Of a stretch of 64,000 nucleotides of DNA, positions 1 to 9,028 are shown one piece after another (the stretch's first letter is position 1; each line of letters opens with the position of its first letter). Source of the DNA: Acidimicrobiaceae bacterium. Its GTDB lineage: Bacteria; Actinomycetota; Acidimicrobiia; Acidimicrobiales; Ilumatobacteraceae. The position numbers were made by a program, and so were the translations under genes. Below the pieces are notes generated by a model. The model saw nothing but the letters and a program-made list of their open reading frames with translations, ran no database searches and was not told where the DNA came from. The stretch is taken from the NCBI GenBank assembly GCA_040380855.1, contig JBEIIG010000009.1:10699-74698 (forward strand), written 5' to 3'.

Positions 1-31
1 TCAGGCCGGGCGCCGGCCTCGCCGAAGCACA

Positions 32-1009
32 TCAGGCCGGCAGCGGCTCCTGATCGTCGATCAGGTCGGCGCGCTGCGCGCCGTCGAGGTCGAAATAGCG
101 CGCCACCGCCGGCCACCGTGTGGGGATGGCCCGCACACCGGGCACGGCGAAGATGTGGTGGCTCACGCTGCCGAATCGTTCGAACACCACTGCGTTCAGC
201 GTGAACGCACCGGCCAGCAGTCGACCGATGGAGAAGAAGTAGCCGAGTGTGGCCACCGAGATGGCCAACGACCCGTACGTCTCGGACATCCGCTCGATCT
301 TGTCGGGCAGGTAGATGTGCATGAACCAGCTCAGTCCGGCGAAGGCCACCGCCACCAGGATGGCTCCCGGTAGCAACGCACCCGGATCGGTGGTGCGCCG
401 CGGCAGCACCAGCGTGAGCAAGAACCAGCCGACGCCCATCACCACTGCGACGAGCACCCAACTGCTGGCGGTGACCGGGAAGCTGCCCACGCGACGCAGA
501 CGGCCGATGAGCATCGACGCCAGCAGCAGGGCGAGGAACAACCCCGACACCGCGGCGATGTTCTTCGCCTTCACCTTGGCCTGGCGGGCCGGCAGCTGCC
601 ACGACGAGGCCGAACACGTGGCGAGCACCCGCGACAACGAGCGCCCGGCCCACAGGGTGAGCACCATCGCCGACACGAAGATCCACAGCGACTTCGCCCA
701 GTCCTCGGCGAACACCCGCGTGGCGACTTCGCCGGTGGTGGGCGACTCGGTGAGGGGTGACGCCCAGCGATCGAGGTTGAACACGTTGATGAGACCGAAC
801 AACGCGATATCGGCCGGCACCACGAACAGGAACAGGCGCAACGCCAGCGCGCTGCCCAGCACCGTGCCGAACGCATCGCGGTCGCGCTCGTAGAGCTGCG
901 TCGCCACTTCGACGACGCCGCCGTCGTCGCGTCGGCCCTCCACCCAGTCGGTGGCCTGCCCGGTGAGCACCTTGGCCTTCTCGCGGCTCTGGTCGAACAG
1001 GCCGGCCAT
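32..1009 (-). CDS. YihY/BrkB-family integral membrane protein
   Basis: 325-aa ORF with several hydrophobic helices. The N-terminal segment LYERDRDAFGTVLGSALALRLFLFVVP resembles the YihY/BrkB family. Its ATG (1007-1009) overlaps the upstream stop by 1 nt (TGATG). Confidence 0.6.
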   Translation of the reverse strand: MAGLFDQSREKAKVLTGQATDWVEGRRDDGGVVEVATQLYERDRDAFGTVLGSALALRLFLFVVPADIALFGLINVFNLDRWASPLTESPTTGEVATRVFAEDWAKSLWIFVSAMVLTLWAGRSLSRVLATCSASSWQLPARQAKVKAKNIAAVSGLFLALLLASMLIGRLRRVGSFPVTASSWVLVAVVMGVGWFLLTLVLPRRTTDPGALLPGAILVAVAFAGLSWFMHIYLPDKIERMSETYGSLAISVATLGYFFSIGRLLAGAFTLNAVVFERFGSVSHHIFAVPGVRAIPTRWPAVARYFDLDGAQRADLIDDQEPLPA

Positions 1010-1221
1010 CAGTCGTTCTCTTTGAGCGCAACCGCGTTCGGGGTGACGTTCATCTTCGGCACGTACTCGGCCACCTCCACCTCACGTGCCTCACCGAGGT
1101 ACCGGGCCCGCAGTTCGCTGCGGCACGAGGTGCACGGGCCGTACAGACGCTCGGCCACCATCATCCGACAGCGCGGGCAGGTGAACGTGAGTGCATCGAG
1201 GTTCGGGTCGATCAGACTCAT
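1009..1221 (-). CDS. Small zinc-ribbon protein (70 aa, CPRC...CTSC), hypothetical
   Basis: Internal ATG at 1219-1221 overlaps the TGA of the upstream hydrolase (ATGA). Two CxxC pairs (FTCPRCRMM, GPCTSCRSE). The longer track ORF start (1284) would overlap the hydrolase. Confidence 0.45.
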   Translation of the reverse strand: MSLIDPNLDALTFTCPRCRMMVAERLYGPCTSCRSELRARYLGEAREVEVAEYVPKMNVTPNAVALKEND

Positions 1222-1994
1222 GCCAGCGATTCCCAGAACTCGACGAGCGCGGCTGCGCCACCGGCCGGGTCGCCGAGCATCCACCAGTGTCCCTGGCCCT
1301 CGAGTTCGACGATGCGCGCACCGAGCGATCGGGCCACTTCGGCGCCGAGATCTTCACCGCGCACGAACGGGTCGTTCGGGGCGATGATCGCCAGCCCCGG
1401 CCGAGTGGAGGCGCCGTCGAGTTCGCGGCCCCAGGCCACCATCGCCGGCTGGGCTGCCGAACGGTAGAGCGCCAGCACGCACCGGCCCATCTCGGCATCG
1501 CCGGCCACCACCAGACGTTCGCCGATCGGCCGCGGGATGCCGATCATCTCGTACGTGGCCACGCGGTCGGCGACCGGCGTGGCCAACGACTGCTCGAAGT
1601 ACTCCTCGCCGGCACCGGGGGTCTGCCAGATCTGAGCGAAGTCGTGCCACACGTAGTCGGGGTGGAACAGCCCGAGCACGTCGCACGCCCACGACCGCAC
1701 CAGGTCGGGTCGGGTGGCGATCACCCGCATCGCGAGGCCCCCGCCCCAGTCGTGGCCCACCAGGTCGACCGGGCCGTGCTGGGCGACAACGGCCTCCACC
1801 TCGTCGGTCAACCAGGCGGCGTACTCCTCCTTGGTGGCCCCGAACCCGGCCGGTGTGGCACGCCCGAAGCCGGGCAGGTGCGGGCAGAACACAGGGCGGT
1901 CGGGCACCGAGCGGCTCAACTCGTCGACGAGCGGCTCCCAGATGATCGGCGTCTCGGGGTTGCCGTGGACGAGCACGATGGCGGGATCGGTCAT
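1218..1994 (-). CDS. Alpha/beta-fold hydrolase
   Basis: Motifs IVLVHGNPETP and nucleophile elbow LVGHDWGG. Start chosen at MTDPAIVLVHG (ATG 1992-1994), because the longer ORF start runs toward the MFS gene. Confidence 0.75.
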   Translation of the reverse strand: MTDPAIVLVHGNPETPIIWEPLVDELSRSVPDRPVFCPHLPGFGRATPAGFGATKEEYAAWLTDEVEAVVAQHGPVDLVGHDWGGGLAMRVIATRPDLVRSWACDVLGLFHPDYVWHDFAQIWQTPGAGEEYFEQSLATPVADRVATYEMIGIPRPIGERLVVAGDAEMGRCVLALYRSAAQPAMVAWGRELDGASTRPGLAIIAPNDPFVRGEDLGAEVARSLGARIVELEGQGHWWMLGDPAGGAAALVEFWESLA

Positions 1995-2031
1995 GCCCGA
2001 ATCCTGCCAGATGTGCGCCTGCTGGATCGGC

Positions 2032-3585
2032 TTACGCAGCGTCGCTGCGCGGCATGAACCGCCACACCACGCCGGCCAGCACCACGCACACCAGGCCGCC
2101 CATGGCCATCGCCGCATCCTGCCCGGCGATCCACCCCTCGCCCGCCGCCTTCACCAGGCCGGCGCTCAACTGCGGATACTCCGCCTGGTAGCGATCGGCT
2201 ACGGCCAACGCACCGTTCAACGACCGACTCACGGTGAGCACGATGTCGTCGCTCACCCGGCTGCGCACATCGTCGGGCAGTGTGGCCACCAGGTCGGAGA
2301 AGTAGCGGCTGTAGTAGACCGACGACACCGCCCCGAACAGGGCGATGCCCAGCGCTCCGCCGAAGTCGCGGGTGACGTCGTTCACGGCCGAGCCCACACC
2401 GGCCTGCTCGGGTGGCAGCGAGTTCATGATGGCGTTGGTGGTGGGTGTGGCCGTGAGGCCCACCCCGGCACCCAGCAGCAGCGTGCCCAGCCCGATCGGC
2501 AGGTACGGCATGTCGGCACTCCAGAACGCCGCCCAACCGAAGGCCAGCGCCATCACCAGCAACCCGAGCGCGATCACCCGGTTCGAACCCCACGGCAGGT
2601 CGAGTTTGGCCGACACCTGGGCGAGCACCAGCATGCCGACGCTCGATGGCAGCACGGCCAGACCAGCCTTGAGCGGCCCATAGCCGAGCACGTTCTGGAA
2701 GAACTGGGCGCCGAGGAACGAGTACCCGAACGACGCGAAGAACACCAGCGTCACCGCCAGCGCAGCGATGCCGAAACGCGGCCGCAGCAGCGTGCGCACA
2801 TCGAGCAGCGGGTGCTGGGTGGTCAGCTCGCGGCGCACGAACAGCACACCGCTCAGCACCGCCAGCGCCAGGCCGACGAGCACCTTGCCCTCGAGGCCGG
2901 CGATCGGCCATTCGATGATGGCGAACAGCAGGGTGGCGACGAACACCACGCTGTATGCCCCGCCGAGCCAGTCGACCGTGTGGCCGGGCGAGCCCGGGTC
3001 GCGCGGCAGTGTCACCCAGCCCAGCACCACGGCCACCACGGCGATCGGTACCCCGATGAGGAACACACTGCCCCACCAGAAGTGCTCGAGCATCAGCCCG
3101 CCGATGACCGGGCCGAGCGCACCACCTGCCGACGCCACACCGGCCCACAGGCCGATGGCGCCCACCCGCTCTTTCGGGTCGTCGTACAGCGAGGTGATGA
3201 ACGACAACGTGGTGGGGAACAGCATCGCCGTGGCGAGGCCGGTGAAGGCGCGGGCGAGGATGAGCACCGACGTGTCGCCTGCCCAGGCCGACACCAACGA
3301 CCCGGGGATGACCAGCAACGCACCGAGCAGGAACATGAGGCGGCGGCCATAGCGGTCGCCCACGGCGCCGCTGATGAGCACGAACGACGTCAGTGCGATG
3401 GTGAACGAATCGGAGATCCATGCGATCGCCGAACCCTCGGCGCCCAACGCCGCAGCGATACTGGGCAGCGCCACGTTGGTGACCGACATGTTCATCACCG
3501 CTGCGAACGCACCGAGCAGCAAGACGGCCAGGGTGAGATTGCGGCGCGAGGCGGAGGTGGGCGACGGTGGAACGGTTGTCTGCAC
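2032..3585 (-). CDS. MFS transporter, 14-TMS drug:H+ antiporter type (EmrB/QacA-like)
   Basis: 517 aa, about 14 hydrophobic segments. MFS motif GAVGDRYGRRLMFLLG after TM2. Confidence 0.85.
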   Translation of the reverse strand: MQTTVPPSPTSASRRNLTLAVLLLGAFAAVMNMSVTNVALPSIAAALGAEGSAIAWISDSFTIALTSFVLISGAVGDRYGRRLMFLLGALLVIPGSLVSAWAGDTSVLILARAFTGLATAMLFPTTLSFITSLYDDPKERVGAIGLWAGVASAGGALGPVIGGLMLEHFWWGSVFLIGVPIAVVAVVLGWVTLPRDPGSPGHTVDWLGGAYSVVFVATLLFAIIEWPIAGLEGKVLVGLALAVLSGVLFVRRELTTQHPLLDVRTLLRPRFGIAALAVTLVFFASFGYSFLGAQFFQNVLGYGPLKAGLAVLPSSVGMLVLAQVSAKLDLPWGSNRVIALGLLVMALAFGWAAFWSADMPYLPIGLGTLLLGAGVGLTATPTTNAIMNSLPPEQAGVGSAVNDVTRDFGGALGIALFGAVSSVYYSRYFSDLVATLPDDVRSRVSDDIVLTVSRSLNGALAVADRYQAEYPQLSAGLVKAAGEGWIAGQDAAMAMGGLVCVVLAGVVWRFMPRSDAA

Positions 3586-3593
3586 GGTGTACC

Positions 3594-4370
3594 TCAGATC
3601 ACGTTGATGGCGTCGAGCGTGGCCGCTGCCGCCCCATCAGCACGAACGTTCATCGAGCGCCAATCGGCGCGCTTGGTACCCCACGAGATGAAGTCGTGGG
3701 CCGAGGTGACCACCGTGGGCAGTGAGCCGTCGACACCGGCGGCCACGGTCCACAGCGGGGTACCCGGTGCCAGCGTGTAGCCGGCGCCGTCGAGATCGCT
3801 GAACACCAGGTTCACCCCCTGGGTGCAGGCGGCCAGCGCAGCCGTGCACATCTGCGGTACACCTGCCAGCATCCAGTCGATCGTCGCTGCCAAGGCCGCC
3901 GGATCGCGCGGCAGTGCGGCCGCTCGTTCGATGGCGGCACCGATGTCATGTCGGAGATGGCAGTAGTGGTCGAAGACGATGGCGTTGCCGAGGATGTGCA
4001 TCGGATGGCTGCCGAGGTTGGCGAGCGGGATGACCATCTCGGCCATGCCCGGCTCCTGCATCATCGCCAACGCGCCGATGCCCTTCTCGCTCCACTCGAC
4101 GTACTCGGCCACCACCTGCTCGGGGGTCCAGTCGCGGCGGGCCTGCACCGGCACCTCGGCGTTCTGTTCCACATCGCTCGACGTACCGCCCTCGATGCTC
4201 GAGGGGTCGGCGATCGAGTGGAACACGCTCGCCATGTGCTGGACGACGTCTTGCACCCGCCACCCGACGCACCCACTGGGCGCAGCCCACTCGTCGGCGC
4301 CGAGGCCGGCGAACAGATCGAGTGCTCGCTGCTGCTCGGCACGCAGGGCGTCGATGGCTGCCTTGGTCAT
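3594..4370 (-). CDS. DinB-fold protein of the mycothiol-dependent maleylpyruvate isomerase family
   Basis: N-terminus EWAAPSGCVGWRVQDVVQHM matches the MDMPI_N/DinB pattern. 258 aa. Confidence 0.6.
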   Translation of the reverse strand: MTKAAIDALRAEQQRALDLFAGLGADEWAAPSGCVGWRVQDVVQHMASVFHSIADPSSIEGGTSSDVEQNAEVPVQARRDWTPEQVVAEYVEWSEKGIGALAMMQEPGMAEMVIPLANLGSHPMHILGNAIVFDHYCHLRHDIGAAIERAAALPRDPAALAATIDWMLAGVPQMCTAALAACTQGVNLVFSDLDGAGYTLAPGTPLWTVAAGVDGSLPTVVTSAHDFISWGTKRADWRSMNVRADGAAAATLDAINVI

Positions 4371-4383
4371 GTACTGGCTCCTC

Positions 4384-6099
4384 TCAGGATGCGGCGCTGT
4401 TCTTCAGCACGGTGCCGGCGAAGGCGCCGGTGTGCTGGCCGTGGTCCATGAACACCTCGCCGTTCACGATGGTGCAGTCGTATCCGGTTGCACCCTGCAC
4501 GTAGCGGCCTGCGCCACCGGGGAAGTCGTACGCGTAGGTGGGTGGGGGAAGGCGTAGACCATCGAAGTCGATCACGTTCACATCGGCAAACGCACCGGGC
4601 TTCAGCCGGCCACGGCCCGTGATGCCGAACAGGTCGGCCGTGTCGCTGGTGAGGCGTCGCACGGCCTCTTCGATGCCCCACCGCTGGCGTTCACGCACCC
4701 AGTAGGTGAGGAAGAACGTGGGCTGGCTGGCGTCGAGGATCTGGCCCACATGGGCGCCGGCGTCGGCCAGGCCGAGGGTGACGAGCGGGTCGTCGAGCAT
4801 CTCCTCCACCGCGTCGAGACGCTGGTTGAGGAACGGGTAGCTGCACACCACCTCACCGTTGGTCTCGAGCAGCAGTTCGATGTAGGCGGCGGCCGGGCTG
4901 ATACCGCGACGCCGCGCCTCGGCCCCCAATGACGTGTCGGGATGCAGGTCGTAGCGAGCGGTGTCGCCCTGGGTGACGACGAACAACTGGTCGAGGTCGA
5001 GGCCCGGCTGCACCTGGTCGGCCTCGGCGATCAGCTTCGCCCGGAACGTGGCGTCGCGGATGGCCATCATCTTCTTGCCGTTGCGCATGCCACGCAGTTC
5101 GCGCCACGCATCGGACCGGTCGAACACGGTGCGGGTGTCGAGGCTGAACAGGATGCCGACACTGCGGGCCGTCGTCTGCGGACGCACCATCGCCCCGCGA
5201 GCGTTCTCGTCCTTGGCGAAGCCGATCACCCGCGCGTACAGATCGGGGCGGCTGTCGTGCTGGGTGAGTCCGAAGCTCACCGGCCGACCGCTGCGGCGGC
5301 TCACCTCACCCATCCACGCCAACTCGGCGCGGGTCTTCGGCACATCGGCGTCGTCGCGCTCGCCCTCGCCGATGCGGCTGGCCGACTCGAACACGCCCGC
5401 TCCGTGGCGGCCGAGCACATCGGCGAACACGTACAGCTCGTCGGGCTGGGCGTAGGTGCCCGGCACCGGGCGACCGTCGGGCACCTTGTGCAGGTAGGTG
5501 CGGCTGGTGCTGAACCCCAGGGCACCGCCCTTCATCGCCTCGTCGAGCAGATCGGCCATCACCGCCAGGTCGTCGGCGGTGGGCGGGTCCTTCTCCAGGC
5601 CGCGCTCGCCCATCGCGAACTGGCGCAGCGCGCAGTGCCCCACCATGCCGCCCACGTTCACACCCTTGGGCATGCGGCCGATGCTGGCCAGGTATTCGCC
5701 GTAGGTGACCCAGTCCCACGGCAGGCCTCCCATGATGGCGTCGCGCGGGATGTCCTCGACACTCTCCATCAGCTCGGCCAGGTACTCTCGGTCGTCGGGT
5801 CTGCACGGCGCGAACGTCACCCCGCAGTTGCCCATCACCACACTGGTGATGCCGTGGTAGCAACTGCTCGACGCCACCGGATCCCATGCCAACTGGGCAT
5901 CGAGGTGGGTGTGGATGTCGACGAAGCCGGGTGTGACCAGACGCCCGTCGGCGTCGATCTCGCGGGCCGTGCTGCCCACGATGTCGGTACCCACCGCAGC
6001 GATGTGGTCGCCGGTGATCGCCACATCGGCCCGGTACGCAGGCGCGCCCGTTCCGTCGACCACCATGCCGTTGCGGATGACGATGTCGTAGGTACCCAT
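4384..6099 (-). CDS. N-acyl-D-amino-acid deacylase (D-aminoacylase) family amidohydrolase
   Basis: N-terminus YDIVIRNGMVVDGTGAP...DGRLVTPGFVDIHTHLD is typical of D-aminoacylase-type metal amidohydrolases. 571 aa. Confidence 0.8.
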   Translation of the reverse strand: MGTYDIVIRNGMVVDGTGAPAYRADVAITGDHIAAVGTDIVGSTAREIDADGRLVTPGFVDIHTHLDAQLAWDPVASSSCYHGITSVVMGNCGVTFAPCRPDDREYLAELMESVEDIPRDAIMGGLPWDWVTYGEYLASIGRMPKGVNVGGMVGHCALRQFAMGERGLEKDPPTADDLAVMADLLDEAMKGGALGFSTSRTYLHKVPDGRPVPGTYAQPDELYVFADVLGRHGAGVFESASRIGEGERDDADVPKTRAELAWMGEVSRRSGRPVSFGLTQHDSRPDLYARVIGFAKDENARGAMVRPQTTARSVGILFSLDTRTVFDRSDAWRELRGMRNGKKMMAIRDATFRAKLIAEADQVQPGLDLDQLFVVTQGDTARYDLHPDTSLGAEARRRGISPAAAYIELLLETNGEVVCSYPFLNQRLDAVEEMLDDPLVTLGLADAGAHVGQILDASQPTFFLTYWVRERQRWGIEEAVRRLTSDTADLFGITGRGRLKPGAFADVNVIDFDGLRLPPPTYAYDFPGGAGRYVQGATGYDCTIVNGEVFMDHGQHTGAFAGTVLKNSAAS

Positions 6100-6210
6100 C
6101 CCCTGAGCCTCCCGACGAGTTGGCCGACGTGTCGGCCGACTGGCCCCGAAAGGCCGACACTAGGACATCTGTACCGACGAAGGGAACGACGAGATGGTTA
6201 CAGAACGGGG

Positions 6211-7047
6211 TCAGAGCCGCGAGCGCAGCGACCAGATTTCGGGGAACAGCACCACGTCGAGCATCGCTCGGAGGTAGCCGACACCCGACGTGCCACCGGT
6301 GCCACGCTTCGTGCCGATCACCCGTTCGACCGTGGTGAGGTGCCGGAAGCGCCACAGTCGGAACGCGTCCTCGAAGTCGGTCAGTTCCTCACCGAGTTGG
6401 TACAGGTCCCAGTGCGCCTCGGGATCGCGGTACACCTGCAGCCACGCCGCCTCCACGGCCTCCGACGCCGCGTACGGGCGACTCCAGTCGCGGTCGACGC
6501 ACTCGGCGGGCACCGCCAGGCCGCGCCGCGCCAGCAGGCGCAACGACTCGTCGTACAGCGAGGGCGCCCGCCACGCCGCCTCCACCTCGGCCAGCACGTC
6601 GGGCCGGTGGGCGTGCGGACGCAGCATCTGTTCGTTCTTGTTCCCCGCGGCGAACTCGATACAGCGGTACTGCCAGCTCTGGAACCCGCTGCTGTTCGAC
6701 AGGTAGGGGCGGATCGCCGAGTACTCCGGTGGGGTCATCGTGGCCAACACGTCCCACGCGTGCACGAGTTGCTCCATGATGCGGCTCACCCGCGACAGCA
6801 TCTTGAACCCCGGCGCCAGTCGATCGTCGGCGATCGCAGCGATGGCCGCCCCCAACTCGTGGCGCATCAGCTTCATCCACAACTCACTCGTCTGGTGCTG
6901 GATGATGAACAGCATCTCGTTGTGCTCGGGCGACAGCGGATGCTGGGCGGAGAGCACCTCGTCGAGGTGCAGGTAGTCGCCGTAACTCATGTCGTGCGAG
7001 AAGTCGAGTTGCGCGCCGTGCGGATGGTCGGAGGTCATCGCGACCAT
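6211..7047 (-). CDS. kynA: Tryptophan 2,3-dioxygenase
   Basis: [41 protein letters not shown] and [12 protein letters not shown] are hallmark TDO segments. Start trimmed to an internal ATG so it does not overlap the response regulator 3' end. Confidence 0.8.
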   Translation of the reverse strand: MVAMTSDHPHGAQLDFSHDMSYGDYLHLDEVLSAQHPLSPEHNEMLFIIQHQTSELWMKLMRHELGAAIAAIADDRLAPGFKMLSRVSRIMEQLVHAWDVLATMTPPEYSAIRPYLSNSSGFQSWQYRCIEFAAGNKNEQMLRPHAHRPDVLAEVEAAWRAPSLYDESLRLLARRGLAVPAECVDRDWSRPYAASEAVEAAWLQVYRDPEAHWDLYQLGEELTDFEDAFRLWRFRHLTTVERVIGTKRGTGGTSGVGYLRAMLDVVLFPEIWSLRSRL

Positions 7048-7055
7048 CCTCGCGC

Positions 7056-7694
7056 TCACACCAGGCGTCGGCCGGCAGCCCACGCGGTGAGTTCGTGTCG
7101 GTTCGACACCTGCAGTTTGCGCAGCACGGCCGACACATGGGTCTCGATCGTCTTCACCGACAGGTGGAGACGGTTGGCCACCTCACGGTACGTGTACCCA
7201 CGAGCGATCAGGCGCATCACCTCCAGTTCGCGCGCCGTGAGCAGATCGAGTTCAGGGTCGACCGGGGCGGCCACCTCGCCCGAGAACGCGTCGAGCACGA
7301 AGCCGGCCAGGCGGGGCGAGAACACGGCATCGCCGTCGTGCACCCGATGGATCGCGTCGATCAGATCCGCCGCATCGATGCTCTTGGTCACATAGCCCCG
7401 CGCGCCGGCGCGGATGACCGCCACCACGTCGCCGGCCTGATCGCTCACCGACAGCGCCAGGAACACCGCCTCGGGCCAGGTGCTGCGCACCCGCTCGATG
7501 ATCGACCGGCCACCACCACCGGGTAGATGCACGTCGACGAGCACCACATCGGGTCGGCGCTCGAGGATGCCCGTCACTGCTTGATCGACGTCGCCGGCCT
7601 CGCCAACCACCTCGATCGTGTCGGAAGCCGCCAATTCGCTGCGCACCCCGGCGCGGAACAGCGCATGGTCGTCGACCAGATAGCACGTGATCAC
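7056..7694 (-). CDS. Two-component response regulator, NarL/LuxR family
   Basis: Receiver domain (LVDDHALF...[11 protein letters not shown]) plus C-terminal LuxR HTH ([36 protein letters not shown]). Its GTG start overlaps the kinase stop (GTGA 7691-7694). Confidence 0.9.
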   Translation of the reverse strand: MITCYLVDDHALFRAGVRSELAASDTIEVVGEAGDVDQAVTGILERRPDVVLVDVHLPGGGGRSIIERVRSTWPEAVFLALSVSDQAGDVVAVIRAGARGYVTKSIDAADLIDAIHRVHDGDAVFSPRLAGFVLDAFSGEVAAPVDPELDLLTARELEVMRLIARGYTYREVANRLHLSVKTIETHVSAVLRKLQVSNRHELTAWAAGRRLV

Positions 7695-8920
7695 GGAGTC
7701 ACCAGCTCGCCCGCAGTCGGTTGCCGCGTCAACCGCAGCGACACCTCGGTGCCATCACCTGGGCTGCTCGTCACCGATGCCTCACCGCCGATGCGTAGCA
7801 GTCGCCCGACGATCGAGTCGCGGACACCACGCCGGTCGGCGTCGACCGTCGCCGGATCGAAGCCCACACCGCGATCGCGCACGAAGATCTCGACCGCTCC
7901 GTCGTTCACCTCGGCGAAGACCGCGACCGTCGGTGCTCCACTGTGCTTGGCGGCATTCAGGCAGGCCTCGCGGGTGGCGGCGAGCAGCACGGCACAGCGT
8001 TCGTCCACCGGGCAGTCACCCACCGACACCACCTCCACCGGCACGTCGTAGGCATCCTCCACCTCGACCGCGATCTCACCGAGGGCGGCTGCGAGCGTGT
8101 TCGCCGATCGAGGCACTGCCGAGTCGCCGTACAGCCATTCACGCAACTCGCGCTCTTGGCGTCGGGCCAGGGTGACCGTGCGCCGCGGGTCGTCGGCGGT
8201 GCGCTGGATGAGCGCCAGGGTCTGCAGCACCGAGTCGTGCAGATGGGCGGCCACCGCAGCTCGCTCGTCGGCACGGATGCGTTCGCGACGTTCGTCGGCC
8301 GCGCGTTGCGCGAGTCGGGCCAACCAAGGGCCGGCAACGACGCCGACGCCGACGAGGGTGAGCGCCGCCGCCAAGGCCCCCACCCGCACGCTCGTCGGTG
8401 TTCCGCCCTGCCAATCGCTCGTCGCACCGCCCGCCACCAGCACGCCGGCGGCCATCAACCCGACACCCACCATCACCCGGCCCTGCAGCCAGCGGCCCCC
8501 GCTCCGGGCCAGCACGAGCGCACCGATCCCCATCACCGCAGCCGCCACCATCGGGACATCACCCAACCACACCCCGGTCGACCGCACCACCAACAGCAGT
8601 CCGGCCGTGATGAACACCACCGCTGCGTCACGCCGCCGGTCGTGGGGATGCGCCGGACCGACCTCCACGGCGCGCGCTGCCACTGCGTGGCCCAGTGCGT
8701 ACAGCGCCACGCCGAGGCCTCCGGCAAGGCTCAACAGCACCACCGCCACCCGCATCAACGCGGCATCGACACCGTGCTGGTCGGCGAACCCACCGGCCAC
8801 ACCCGCCAGCACACGTCGGTCGGTGCGCGCCCGGAACTCGAGCGACCGGTCGGCCGGGACGAGCGATGCGAGGAGGTCGACCACGATGTCATCTTCGCGC
8901 CACGGGACCGGGCCGCACAT
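7691..8920 (-). CDS. PspC-domain-containing sensor histidine kinase (HisKA_3/LiaS-like)
   Basis: N-terminal PspC-like segment (RTDRRVLAGVAGGFADQHGVDAALMRVAVVLL), several TM helices, His box AAHLHDSVLQTLALI and a C-terminal HATPase region. Confidence 0.85.
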   Translation of the reverse strand: MCGPVPWREDDIVVDLLASLVPADRSLEFRARTDRRVLAGVAGGFADQHGVDAALMRVAVVLLSLAGGLGVALYALGHAVAARAVEVGPAHPHDRRRDAAVVFITAGLLLVVRSTGVWLGDVPMVAAAVMGIGALVLARSGGRWLQGRVMVGVGLMAAGVLVAGGATSDWQGGTPTSVRVGALAAALTLVGVGVVAGPWLARLAQRAADERRERIRADERAAVAAHLHDSVLQTLALIQRTADDPRRTVTLARRQERELREWLYGDSAVPRSANTLAAALGEIAVEVEDAYDVPVEVVSVGDCPVDERCAVLLAATREACLNAAKHSGAPTVAVFAEVNDGAVEIFVRDRGVGFDPATVDADRRGVRDSIVGRLLRIGGEASVTSSPGDGTEVSLRLTRQPTAGELVTP

Positions 8921-8992
8921 CGGTGATCACCCTGAACGCGACCCTGAGCCCGGATCGGGGTCGGTTCAGGGATCGATCAGGGCGTGTCACCG
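8921..8992. promoter_or_regulatory. Nested inverted-repeat operator candidate in the divergent kinase/PspC promoter region
   Basis: CGGTGA (8921-8926) pairs with TCACCG (8987-8992). CCCTGA at 8930 and 8942 pairs with TCAGGG at 8966 and 8977. All pairs share a centre near 8956. Confidence 0.55.
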
Positions 8993-9028
8993 ATGTGATC
9001 GACCGATCCGCCGACGCACGCTGAACAC

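Noticed and set aside
1-31. Possible 3' end of another minus-strand gene at the left window edge.
   Set aside because: Only 31 nt are available, with no way to establish a frame or product.
1714-3780. 688-aa plus-strand ORF.
   Set aside because: It is antisense to the well-supported MFS and hydrolase genes. The Arg/Pro/His/Gly-rich low-complexity translation has no recognisable motifs, which is typical of a high-GC shadow ORF.
4942-7395. 817-aa plus-strand ORF.
   Set aside because: It is antisense shadow spanning the D-aminoacylase, kynA and response-regulator genes, with low-complexity composition. It crosses three independent real genes.
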